Of a stretch of DNA of 64,000 nt, positions 1 to 9,106 are shown in pieces. How positions within the stretch are numbered: the stretch's first letter is position 1; every line of letters starts with the position of its first letter. The position numbers and the translations under genes are program-made. The notes under the pieces were generated by a model. The model saw nothing but the letters and a program-made list of their open reading frames with translations, ran no database searches and had not been told where the DNA came from. Source of the stretch: Candidatus Eisenbergiella stercoravium (GTDB lineage: Bacteria > Bacillota > Clostridia > Lachnospirales > Lachnospiraceae); NCBI GenBank assembly GCA_019113175.1, contig DXHY01000045.1, positions 361 through 64,360 on the forward strand, written 5' to 3'.

Positions 1-119
1 TGAACGGGGACACGGCCTCTGCCGAATACCTCTTTTACATCGAAGGGAATTTCTACATAAGCGCCGTCCATATCCGGGACCTTCTGAATTACCGCATCGA
101 ATGAAAACTGTTTTTCCAT
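1..119 (-). CDS. DUF1905-like protein, 5' end only (gene runs off the window start)
   Basis: Minus-strand ATG at 119 with an AGGGAGA SD about 7 nt upstream. Translation [39 protein letters not shown] fits the DUF1905 N-terminal pattern. Confidence 0.6.
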   Translation of the reverse strand, partial: MEKQFSFDAVIQKVPDMDGAYVEIPFDVKEVFGRGRVPV

Positions 120-554
120 AAAATTTCTCCCTTAATGCGCCAGGTGCCGGGGCATGTCTGATGCCATCATGCCGCCGGGCTGTTCTTCTTTTTTATCTGT
201 TACAGCATTTCCTGCCTGAACTGACTTCATTCGGTTTACCACGGATTCCGGCATCCGGGAACCGCCTGCTGAATCAGAGGGGAGATCTGCCGCAAACTTT
301 TTTCTGTTCCGTGTTTGAGGATGCAAAAAAGGCGGGAGTCCCTTATACTCAAAACGTCGGCATGGCATGTGAAGAGTGGTGCGGCGACAGAACATGGAAA
401 ACAAAGGAGAAAGAGGATATTTATGAGGATGGAACCCTTTTGCGCATAGTAGAAGCTGTGCGATGAAGAGAAGCATCTGATTCATCCCGGCTTCTGCTTT
501 CCGATTCACGAAAACGGGTCCGAAAAGGTCTGACGGGAAAGGAAGCGCAGATAA

Positions 555-1232
555 ATGCAGATGAATTCAGAATGGAATATGAAAAAAGAAGCCGGAAGGA
601 ATGCCGGCGAAAGGAAGACTGTGTTTTCCGGCGCGGCTCTTCCGCAAAGGAGTGAGATATGGACGGTCAGGCCGGTGAAGCCTCCCGTTGTGAGAAGGCA
701 GTGTCCCGGCTGCGGGGGTGCGAAAAGCATCTATGAGAGCACCGGAAAATTCCGGGTCAACGCCAATGGAAGCAGGCTGGACGTATGGCTGATCTACCGC
801 TGTGTCCGGTGTAAAAAAAGCTGGAATATGGAAATACTGGAACGGATGGAAACGGGAAGGCTTTCGGAAGAGGAACGCCTGAGCTATCTGGAAAACAGGG
901 AAGAGGCAGCCCTCCGCGCCGCCTGCAGCAGCGCTCTGCTGAGAAAGAACAGGGCGGAGGCGCTGTGGGAAACTCTGGAATATGCGGTCGAAAAGAACGT
1001 TTCGGAGGAACCTGTACAGGATCGGAACCGGATGACAGACGGCGCGCATATCATCCGGATTCAAAATGAATATGGCCTTCCCATCCGGATCAGCAGGCTG
1101 CTTGCGGAGCAGCTTGGACTGTCCGGAGGAAAGCTGAAGGAGCTTGATGAGGCGGGAAGACTTGAAATGCCGGAAGGAACCACGCTGCGGACAAAGCTGG
1201 GCGGCTGGGTGACTTTATTCTTTACAGAATGA
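555..1232 (+). CDS. DUF1062 domain-containing protein
   Basis: 225-aa ORF. CPGCGG...FRVNANGSRLDVWLIYRCVRCKKSWN is the characteristic zinc-ribbon-like DUF1062 core. The start could be one of the nearby downstream ATGs. Confidence 0.65.
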   Translation: MQMNSEWNMKKEAGRNAGERKTVFSGAALPQRSEIWTVRPVKPPVVRRQCPGCGGAKSIYESTGKFRVNANGSRLDVWLIYRCVRCKKSWNMEILERMETGRLSEEERLSYLENREEAALRAACSSALLRKNRAEALWETLEYAVEKNVSEEPVQDRNRMTDGAHIIRIQNEYGLPIRISRLLAEQLGLSGGKLKELDEAGRLEMPEGTTLRTKLGGWVTLFFTE

Positions 1233-1407
1233 AAAAAGCCTGCTATGCTTGAACTCAGAGTAAAAGCAGTCAGGTAGTGGAAAAGAAAGGGGACTTCATT
1301 GTATGACCACTGATGTTTATTCTGCATAGCGCAGGGGCTATTGCAGAGAATGGAAAACACAATAGCCTTTGCTCATCCTAAAACAGAAAAATATTTAGGA
1401 GGGCTTT

Positions 1408-1704
1408 ATGGGCTACAGAAAAGCGGAAACGATCCTGCCGCCCGAGGTGGTGGCGCTGATTCAGCAGTATGTGGACGGAGAATATATCTACATCCCCCGC
1501 AGAGAGGGAAAACGGAAAAGCTGGGGAGAGACCACCGGATGCCGGAAGGAAACCAGCGAACGAAACCGGAGGATCTACCGGGATTACCGCGCCGGCACGA
1601 GAATGGACGAACTGGCGGAGAAGTATTTTCTCTCCGTAAAAAGCATACAGAGGATCGTGACAGAAGAAAAAAGAAAGATAACTGAGGAAACCGATACGGC
1701 TTAA
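1408..1704 (+). CDS. CD3324-family small protein (Mor/sigma-70 region-4-like HTH)
   Basis: 98-aa ORF with a GGAGGG SD 7 nt upstream. ILPPEVVALIQQYVDGEYIYIPRREGKRKSWGE...RNRRIYRDYRAG...LAEKYFLSVKSIQRIV matches the CD3324 family pattern. Confidence 0.6.
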   Translation: MGYRKAETILPPEVVALIQQYVDGEYIYIPRREGKRKSWGETTGCRKETSERNRRIYRDYRAGTRMDELAEKYFLSVKSIQRIVTEEKRKITEETDTA

Positions 1705-1722
1705 CGGCTGTGTCGGTTTTTT
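1688..1722 (+). terminator. Rho-independent terminator after the CD3324-family gene
   Basis: A 10-bp stem, aaaccgatac / gtgtcggttt (one G-U pair), encloses the stop codon and is followed by TTTTTT. Confidence 0.6.
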
Positions 1723-1952
1723 GCGTGATACACCCGGAGGGCGCCCGCCGTGCTTGAACGAGCGGGCATCCGACGGGCAACGGTCATCGAGCAGCCAGGC
1801 TGCGAGATGAAAGCGAGAAGATCGCCTCCGGGCTTCTCAAACTTTTCTCTGTCCCGTTTTTAAGGCAGTGAATGAAAACGATCTCTGTTATACTGAAAAT
1901 AAGGAGCTGTCCGTCAGCGGACGGCAGTCAGATCAGAAAGGGAGAGACGATT

Positions 1953-2615
1953 ATGCTGGAAAAAATGGATCTTTTCTTTGAAAACAGACTGGAGGAATAT
2001 GAGGAACACATGCTTTCCGGGATTGAAGGCGCACGGGAGTTTTACCCGTTTACCGCCTCTCTGCTTCCCGAAATGGCGGGCTGCAAGGTGCTGGATCTGG
2101 GCTGTGGAACCGGGCTGGAGCTGGACGCGTATTTTCTCCGCAATCCGGAGGCGCGCGTGACGGGAATCGACCTATCGGAGGCAATGCTTGGGGCGCTGAC
2201 GGATAAATTCCCGGATCGATGCGCGGATGGAAGGCTGCGTCTGATTCATGGCTCTTATTTTGACGTTCCGTTTCCTGAAGAAGCTTATGACGCCGCCGTA
2301 TCGGTGGAATCCCTGCACCATTTCACGCGCGGACAGAAGCTGCCCTTATACCGGAAGCTTTGTCAGGCTCTGAAGAAGGGCGGCTTTTTTCTCCTGACAG
2401 ACTACTTTGCGGAGTCGGAGGCGCTGGAAGGGGAATATTTTCATACGCTGGAACGGCTAAAACGGGAACAGAATCTTTCGGACGATGGCTTTTATCATTA
2501 TGACACGCCTCTGACGGTGGAGCATGAGATGGAGGTTTTAAGAGAGGCAGGATTTTCAGACGTCAGGATCTTGAAGAACTGGACCGCCACGTATGCGGTT
2601 CGGGCGGTCAGGTGA
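1953..2615 (+). CDS. Class I SAM-dependent methyltransferase
   Basis: VLDLGCGTG motif I. ATG at 1953 is preceded by GAAAGGGAGAG. The ORF-track start at 1872 has no SD. Confidence 0.75.
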   Translation: MLEKMDLFFENRLEEYEEHMLSGIEGAREFYPFTASLLPEMAGCKVLDLGCGTGLELDAYFLRNPEARVTGIDLSEAMLGALTDKFPDRCADGRLRLIHGSYFDVPFPEEAYDAAVSVESLHHFTRGQKLPLYRKLCQALKKGGFFLLTDYFAESEALEGEYFHTLERLKREQNLSDDGFYHYDTPLTVEHEMEVLREAGFSDVRILKNWTATYAVRAVR

Positions 2616-2628
2616 GGGGAGCTTAAAA

Positions 2629-4476
2629 ATGAGAGGGAGTATGAAAAAAGGAAGCATACTTGATGCAGTAAAAATTATATTTCAGGCGGATGCGGCAGCG
2701 GCGGGCGCTTATTCCCTGCTGAAGCTTCTGCTGGCGCTGGTTCCCACGCTGCAGACGCTTGCGGTTGCCGCTTTTATAGATCAGGTAACTGCGGCGGGAA
2801 CGGCTGGCGCCCGTAATGACAGCGGTCTGCTGTTTCTTATCTTTGTTCTTGTCGCTCTGGTGGCCTTCAGCTGGATTTCCAAAAGTATTGCAGGACTTCT
2901 GGAGCAGCATATGGAAATGCGGCTTAGAACCTCCTTTAAGCCCTCTCTGGTGGAAAAGATCAGCCGGCTGAAATATGAAGCCATGGAAGATGCAAGCATG
3001 CGGGATAAAATCTCCCGTGTTAACAGGAATGCGGAAGGACGGGTTCGGGAAGCATATGGAGAACTTCTTCAGTTACTGGAACTGATACTAAAGGTTGCAG
3101 GTATCCTTATAATTCTTTTCACACAGGTCTGGTGGCTGGCATTTGTCATCCTGGCGGTTTCCATTCCAAGCTTTTGCATATCAATGAAGAGTGGAAAGGA
3201 AGACTATGACGCTCAGGCTGATGTGACAAAGGTAAACAGACTGAATGAATATTATAATGAAATGCTGAAAGGCAGGGAGTATGTGGACGAAAGGACTCTG
3301 TTCGGCTATCATCAAGAATACAGGGAACGTTTCCTGCAGCAGTATGAAGAGGCACGTAAATACACGACTGGAATCCGGTTAAAATGGTTTGTAAAAATGA
3401 AGGCGGGCAGCATGGCAGTTATTGTTGTATCTGCCGTTGCACTGACAGTTATGATCCCACTGACCTTAAACGGAGCATTGAGCACAGGTATGTTTATGGC
3501 TCTGATGAACGCAATATTTGGTATTGTGCAGAATATGTCATGGGATCTGACTTACAGCATTGACCGTGTCGCGTGGTATCAGAACTGGTTCAGGGAACTC
3601 TCGGACGTGTTTTCCATGCCGGAGGATCAAACGCTGGCGGAGGGAGAAGAAAATGAGGAACCGGGAAGAAAGCGGATGGAGGTGTTCCGGACTCTTGAAT
3701 TCCAAAATGTTACCTTCCGTTATCCCGGGACGAATCAGGATATTTTGAAAAATCTTTCCTTCAAAATCAGCGCCGGGAAGAAATATGCCTTTGTAGGAGC
3801 CAATGGTGCCGGAAAGACAACAATTGTGAAACTGATTAACGGCCTGTATCAGGATTATGAGGGCAGAATTCTGATGAATGGGGAGAATATCCGCCATTTT
3901 GAAAGGGGATCTTTTTCCAATGTGTTTCAGGACTTTGCCAGATATCCCGTAAGTGTCAGGGACAATATTACGATTGGACGGAAGGGCTCCGTTCCTGAGA
4001 AAGAGCTTTTGCAGGCAGTGAACGAGGTTGGCCTGAGCGATACGGTGGAAAAGCTTGAAGATGGCCTGGATACTGTTCTCGGAAAAGTCAGAGAGGACAG
4101 CCTGGACCTGTCCGGCGGGGAATGGCAGAAAATCGCGCTGGCAAGATGTGTGATGTCTCAGGCGCCGGTGAGGATTCTGGATGAACCGACATCAGCGATG
4201 GATCCGATCCATGAAAATGAAATTTACCGGAGATTTCAGCGGATCAGCCGGGGAAAAACGGTGATCCTGATCAGCCACAGGCTTGCGTCTGTGAAAATGT
4301 CTGATTTCATTTTTGTAATCGCGGACGGGACTCTGGCGGAGGCGGGAAGCCACGCGGAATTGATGAAGAAAAACGGCCTGTACCGGAGCATGTATGAGGA
4401 ACAGGCAAAATGGTATGAGGAAGACGGTAATCCTGAAGCAGAAAAGAAGGGAGGGGAAGAGGCATATGAATCGTAG
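2629..4476 (+). CDS. ABC transporter, fused permease/ATP-binding subunit (exporter type)
   Basis: N-terminal TM domain. Walker A GANGAGKTT, signature LSGGEWQKIALAR, Walker B ILDEPTSAMD. GAGGGGAG SD lies before ATG 2629. Confidence 0.85.
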   Translation: MRGSMKKGSILDAVKIIFQADAAAAGAYSLLKLLLALVPTLQTLAVAAFIDQVTAAGTAGARNDSGLLFLIFVLVALVAFSWISKSIAGLLEQHMEMRLRTSFKPSLVEKISRLKYEAMEDASMRDKISRVNRNAEGRVREAYGELLQLLELILKVAGILIILFTQVWWLAFVILAVSIPSFCISMKSGKEDYDAQADVTKVNRLNEYYNEMLKGREYVDERTLFGYHQEYRERFLQQYEEARKYTTGIRLKWFVKMKAGSMAVIVVSAVALTVMIPLTLNGALSTGMFMALMNAIFGIVQNMSWDLTYSIDRVAWYQNWFRELSDVFSMPEDQTLAEGEENEEPGRKRMEVFRTLEFQNVTFRYPGTNQDILKNLSFKISAGKKYAFVGANGAGKTTIVKLINGLYQDYEGRILMNGENIRHFERGSFSNVFQDFARYPVSVRDNITIGRKGSVPEKELLQAVNEVGLSDTVEKLEDGLDTVLGKVREDSLDLSGGEWQKIALARCVMSQAPVRILDEPTSAMDPIHENEIYRRFQRISRGKTVILISHRLASVKMSDFIFVIADGTLAEAGSHAELMKKNGLYRSMYEEQAKWYEEDGNPEAEKKGGEEAYES

Positions 4477-6214
4477 TTTTCTTACAGCCTTCCGGAAGGC
4501 ATATCCGCTCGTTTACAGACCGGTATGGAAAGAAAACCTGCTTTTGTCTTTCGTGGATATTTTTCACGGATTGTCCTTCGCGGCAGTGGTGATCCTGACC
4601 CAGCGCTTTTTTGACAGTATTGCAGGCGGCGTGGAAGGCGCAGTGAGCCAAAACGCGGTGGTTCTCGCTGCAGCTGCCCTGATCGCCTGCCAGGTGATCA
4701 GCCAGCTTTTGAACGGCTTTGTGAATTTTTATGCTGACGTGGTAAGGGAGAAGGGATACGGACGAATCCGCGCGATGCTGCAGGAGAAAATCAGCAGGCT
4801 GCGCCCGGTGGACTTTGAGAAAAACAGTTTTCTGACCGATCTGGATATGGCGGATGAAGGGGCGAAGGACGCCTGTGAAATGGTGGATACCGCAAACTCC
4901 ATCGTCACCTTCTATGTCCCCTATTTTGCGCTGATGGGCGTCTACATGGTCCGGCTGGACTGGGGGCTGCTTTCTGCCCTTCTTCTGGTATTCCTTCCGG
5001 TACTTTTGACCAATCTGGTAAAAATGCACTTCGGTGACAGGATCGAGAGACAGATCGCCCCGGCGCGCAGGGAGGCGGAGGCCTATGAACAGACACTGAC
5101 CACCCTGGAGAGCTACCGGGAAACCAGAGTGCTTGGAGCGGCCCGGTATTTTCTGCGGCTGTACCGGGATACGGTGGGAAAATGGAACCGGACCGCATGG
5201 AAATACCGGAAGAAGGAGGCGGTGATAAATCTGGGCCTGAACTGCTTCAGCTTTCTGGCATACGGCGGGATTCTGCTCCTGCTGGTTTCCGGCTGTGTCC
5301 GCGGACAGATTTCCGTGGGAGCCTTCGCCGCAGTTTTTTCCTCCATTGACGTGATGTTTCTGCTGATGGAAGAAATTTTCCAGGACAGTCTTGGATGCCT
5401 GTCTCAGAATATGGGCCGGGTAAACAATTTCCTGAACCTGATGGAAAGCCCGGAGAGCCGGCAGGAAAGTGTGGAAATGGAAAATGGCAGCCTGATACTT
5501 GACGATGTGTCGTTCCGATATCCGGAAACGGAAGAAGACTGTCTGCAGCATATCAGTCTTGAAATCGCGGATGGGGAAACGGTGGCAGTGGTCGGAGAAA
5601 ACGGGGCGGGGAAGACCACGCTGGCCCGGATCCTTCTGGGAATCTATCCCCCGGACAGCGGCAGCGTGACTCTGGGAGGAAAGGTCATGAATGAGAACAC
5701 GAACTGCTTTCCTTCCATCAGCGCGGTGTTTCAGAAGTTCAACCGGTATAAGCTGACCCTGGAGGAGAACATCCGTATTTCCGATCTTCACAGCCAAAAA
5801 AGATGGGAGGATGAGCTGGGAATGGTTGACAGCGGATGGAAGAATGATTTCCGTGCGGATGCCCGGACGGTTCTGTCCAGGGATTTTGACGGCGTTGACC
5901 TGTCCGGCGGACAGTGGCAGAAGATCGCCATTGCAAGAGGAATCTACAGGGAATCAAAGCTCCTTTTGCTGGATGAACCCACCTCGGCCATCGATCCCAT
6001 TCAGGAGAGCAGGCTTTATCAGACCTTTCTCCGTGCGGCGGAGGGAAGAACCTGTGTCATCATCACCCACAGGCTGGGGCTTGCGAAGATCGCGGACCGG
6101 GTGATCGTCCTGAAGAACGGCAGAGTGGTGGAAAACGGAAGCCATAAGGAGCTTCTGGAACGAAAAGGGGAGTACAACAGGATGTGGGAGGCGCAGGCCG
6201 GATGGTATCAGTAG
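4466..6214 (+). CDS. ABC transporter, fused permease/ATP-binding subunit (likely heterodimer partner of the preceding gene)
   Basis: GENGAGKTT, LSGGQWQKIAIAR and LLLDEPTSAID motifs. The start overlaps the upstream stop by 11 nt, and a GGGAGGGGAAGAGG SD is present. Confidence 0.85.
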   Translation: MNRSFLTAFRKAYPLVYRPVWKENLLLSFVDIFHGLSFAAVVILTQRFFDSIAGGVEGAVSQNAVVLAAAALIACQVISQLLNGFVNFYADVVREKGYGRIRAMLQEKISRLRPVDFEKNSFLTDLDMADEGAKDACEMVDTANSIVTFYVPYFALMGVYMVRLDWGLLSALLLVFLPVLLTNLVKMHFGDRIERQIAPARREAEAYEQTLTTLESYRETRVLGAARYFLRLYRDTVGKWNRTAWKYRKKEAVINLGLNCFSFLAYGGILLLLVSGCVRGQISVGAFAAVFSSIDVMFLLMEEIFQDSLGCLSQNMGRVNNFLNLMESPESRQESVEMENGSLILDDVSFRYPETEEDCLQHISLEIADGETVAVVGENGAGKTTLARILLGIYPPDSGSVTLGGKVMNENTNCFPSISAVFQKFNRYKLTLEENIRISDLHSQKRWEDELGMVDSGWKNDFRADARTVLSRDFDGVDLSGGQWQKIAIARGIYRESKLLLLDEPTSAIDPIQESRLYQTFLRAAEGRTCVIITHRLGLAKIADRVIVLKNGRVVENGSHKELLERKGEYNRMWEAQAGWYQ

Positions 6215-6323
6215 TGGATATCAGTCCAGAATATCTGAAATCGGCTTCGGACGGCTGAAAACGGATGACAAAATCAGAGAATAGTGATAGGATACAGTTA
6301 ACCGGTGTTGGAGGATGAAAGAA

Positions 6324-6349
6324 GCAGGAAAGGGGAATCCTGCCTTTTT
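6324..6349 (+). terminator. Rho-independent terminator after the ABC pair
   Basis: gcagga aaggggaa tcctgc followed by cTTTTT. Confidence 0.55.
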
Positions 6350-6473
6350 CATACGATAGGAAATTTCATTTCCTATCGTATGAAAACCTCCGGTGGATGC
6401 GCACTCAGCACGCACACTTTTTTATAAGCGGAAATGCAAAGCCGCCCTTCAGGCGGCGGAAAAGGGGGAAAAT

Positions 6474-7589
6474 ATGATTCCGTGCAGACAAAAGTGGAAG
6501 GGGACCATGACTGACAGGGAGCGTTTCAATAATCAGATGCACTACCGCCCGGTTGACCGGTGCTTCAATATGGAATTTGGTTATTGGAATGAAAACTATG
6601 AGGTCTGGCACATGTTCCGTGATAACGGAATAACCTGCGAAAAGCAGGCGAATGAATTTTTCGGCTTTGACAGGATTGAAGTGGTGAGCGGAAAGAACTG
6701 GATGTGGCCGCCTTTTGAGGAAAAGGTCGTGGAGGAGAGGGAAAACACGCGCGTTCTGATCAATGCGGACGGGCTTCTTGCGGAAGTGCCGAAGGATGGG
6801 CATGATACCATCCCCCACTATATGGCGCCCTCCATTGTCACACCCGACGACTGGAAAAAATGCAAGGAGGAGCGATTCCGGGTGGATGACCCGGCGAGGA
6901 TTGTGGATGTGGAGGCTTTGAAAAAACAGCACCCCGCAGACAGGGATTATCCGCTTGGAGTGGACTGCGGTTCCATGATCGGCAAGATCCGCGATATGCT
7001 TACCTTTGAAGGACTGGCCTATGCCTGTTACGACTATCCAGATATGGTGGAGGACATGGTGGAAACCTGCTGTGTGCTGGTAGAGCATTTTCTGGATCAG
7101 GTACTGCCATGGATTGATTTCGATTATGCTTCAGGATGGGAGGACATCTGCTTTAAAAACGGACCGATTGTGACGGTGGATTTCTTTAAAAACGTCGTGA
7201 TGCCGAGATATAAAAGAATCAGCCGGAAGCTCCGGCAGCATGGAATTGATCTGTGGTATGTGGACTGTGATGGAGATGTGAGATTCCTTCTCCCCTATTT
7301 TATGGAAGGAGGGGTGAACTGTCTGTTCCCATTCGAGGTGAACGGCTGTGCCCATCCGGGAGAGCTTCTGGCGGAATACGGCAAAGACCTGCGTATCATG
7401 GGCGGTTTCGATAAAATGCAGCTCGGAGCCGGTAAGGCGGCGATCCGGAAATATATGGAATCTCTGGTTCCTCTGGTGGAAAGAGGAGGTTATATCCCCT
7501 TCTGCGACCATCGCTGCCCTCCCAATGTGAAGGAGGAAGACTATCTTTATTATCTGGATCTGAAAGAGAAGATGTTTGGGATGCAATGA
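6474..7589 (+). CDS. Uroporphyrinogen decarboxylase (URO-D) family protein, MtaA/CmuA-like
   Basis: N-terminus ...MTDRERFNNQMHYRPVDRCFNMEFGYW, together with length and composition, is typical of clostridial URO-D-family proteins. ATG 6474 follows a GC hairpin plus GGAAAAGGGGG. ATG 6507 (MTDRERF) is an alternative start. Confidence 0.55.
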   Translation: MIPCRQKWKGTMTDRERFNNQMHYRPVDRCFNMEFGYWNENYEVWHMFRDNGITCEKQANEFFGFDRIEVVSGKNWMWPPFEEKVVEERENTRVLINADGLLAEVPKDGHDTIPHYMAPSIVTPDDWKKCKEERFRVDDPARIVDVEALKKQHPADRDYPLGVDCGSMIGKIRDMLTFEGLAYACYDYPDMVEDMVETCCVLVEHFLDQVLPWIDFDYASGWEDICFKNGPIVTVDFFKNVVMPRYKRISRKLRQHGIDLWYVDCDGDVRFLLPYFMEGGVNCLFPFEVNGCAHPGELLAEYGKDLRIMGGFDKMQLGAGKAAIRKYMESLVPLVERGGYIPFCDHRCPPNVKEEDYLYYLDLKEKMFGMQ

Positions 7590-7600
7590 CTTATTTTCTG

Positions 7601-7640
7601 GAAAATCGCTCCGGTGAGAGTAAAACCGGAGCGGTTTTCT
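7601..7640. terminator. Bidirectional terminator between convergent genes
   Basis: A 9-bp stem, cgctccggt / accggagcg, is flanked by an A-run on the left and a T-run on the right. Confidence 0.65.
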
Positions 7641-7664
7641 TAGGCATGAAGTTTCATTTAATGC

Positions 7665-7853
7665 TCACCAGTCAATAGAATCCATCGAAACCGTTCCTTC
7701 GGATTTAATGCTTTCATTGGCATAGGCAATGGCCTTCAGTTCGTCGTTGTCCGGCACGTCAGAAGGGATGAACTTAAGCAACACGTTATAAATGGTTTTC
7801 GTATCTGCTTCCGGGATCATGTCAATCAGACCATGCAGCATTTCCCTGCTCAT
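7665..7853 (-). CDS. Small hypothetical protein, antitoxin-like helical protein (no cognate toxin adjacent)
   Basis: 62-aa ORF with a strong TAGGAGGGA SD 5 nt before the ATG. The pattern L.GLIDMIPE....IYNVL.KFIP...PDNDEL.AI..A...I..G..VS.D.IDW resembles small type II antitoxin-like proteins of Firmicutes. Confidence 0.5.
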   Translation of the reverse strand: MSREMLHGLIDMIPEADTKTIYNVLLKFIPSDVPDNDELKAIAYANESIKSEGTVSMDSIDW

Positions 7854-8000
7854 ATCAATCCCTCCTATAATCTCTTATATGCCTGCCCTCTTGGCAGAAT
7901 ATCTTTAATAGTAACAGAGAGTGTTGCATAAATGTTATATTCCACCAAAACTAAAAAATCCTGTAAATACGCTGTTTCGCGTAAATACGGGATTTTTGAC

Positions 8001-8080
<80 letters not shown>

Positions 8081-8154
8081 TCAAATACCGGGTTCTCACG
8101 AGATACTTTCTAACCTGTCACGCAAGACCAGGCATTTCTGCCGCTATAGGCAAT

Positions 8155-8183
8155 AATATAACTCTCATCAAAATTTGTGTCAA
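8155..8183 (-). promoter_or_regulatory. Sigma-A type promoter for tRNA-Leu
   Basis: The minus strand reads TTGACA, a 17-nt spacer, then TATATT. The -35 box is at 8183-8178 and the -10 box at 8160-8155, about 70 nt upstream of the tRNA 5' end. Confidence 0.6.
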
Positions 8184-8333
8184 GTGAATTGATAAAAGCT
8201 CTTTGCGAAAGCCCGAAATGCAACTTTGCGGTTACCGATCAGCCAGGTCTGCGCATTCACTGCGCAGACCGTACGAAAACGATAGGCCGGAGGCTTTGCA
8301 AATAGCGCAAGATGAACGGTAACTCAGCCTCCG

Positions 8334-8936
8334 CTACTTTTTCTCAAAGAAGGAACAGATCATTCTGACACAGCCTTCCATTCCGACGTGGGAGCTGTTT
8401 ACACAGATGTCAAAGCTTTCCGGGCGGCCCCACTTCTTATCGGAAAAGAAGTTATAATAGAGCGCTCTCTGCTTATCCATCTTCCGGATCAGGGATTCCG
8501 CCTCCCGTTCCTTCATATTCTGCCGCTCCATGATGCGTGCCACCCGGTCCTTCCATTCCGCGTGGATGAAGATGGAGATGACGCCGGGATAATCTGCCAG
8601 GACGGAATCCGCGCAGCGGCCGATGATGATGCAGGACTCCTGATTCGCCAGCTGGCGGATGATCTGGGACTGCACGTTGAAAAGCATGTCGTTTAACGGA
8701 AGACCGAAGCCCGTCATCTCATCCGCATAATCGCTGGGAACGGTGTAAAGCCAGGGATTCGCCCGTTTCTCGTCCACATCCTTCAGATACTTTTCGCTGA
8801 TGCAGCTCTTCTCAGAAGCCATACGGATAAGGCGGCTGTCGTAGCACTCAATACCAAGCCGTTCGGCAGCCTGTTTGCCGATTTCATGTCCTCCGCTTCC
8901 GAATTCTCTGCTGATGGTAATGATGGTATTCGCCAT
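8334..8936 (-). CDS. Cytidylate kinase-like family protein
   Basis: MANTIITISREFGSGGHEIGKQAAERLGIECYDSRLI is the typical N-terminus (P-loop-like FGSGG). An AAGGGGG SD lies before ATG 8936. The longer track ORF start at 9056 is unsupported. Confidence 0.75.
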   Translation of the reverse strand: MANTIITISREFGSGGHEIGKQAAERLGIECYDSRLIRMASEKSCISEKYLKDVDEKRANPWLYTVPSDYADEMTGFGLPLNDMLFNVQSQIIRQLANQESCIIIGRCADSVLADYPGVISIFIHAEWKDRVARIMERQNMKEREAESLIRKMDKQRALYYNFFSDKKWGRPESFDICVNSSHVGMEGCVRMICSFFEKK

Positions 8937-9106
8937 GCCGATACCCCCTTTCGGTGGAATGAACGTGAGATCCTTTTCTGATTTTATAGTACATCTTTTT
9001 GTGAAATATGTCCAGAAAAAAAGAAAATTAGAAAATAAAAGCGTCATTCTATACAAGAATAACGCTTAGATCAAAGTCAGGATGAGATGACAGATACTTT
9101 TTCCAG

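Noticed and set aside
132-509. 125-aa (minus) and 101-aa (plus, 161-466) ORFs in the first intergenic region.
   Set aside because: They have no SD, odd amino-acid composition (C/R/H/F-rich) and no recognisable motifs. The region is kept only as an unexplained non-coding stretch.
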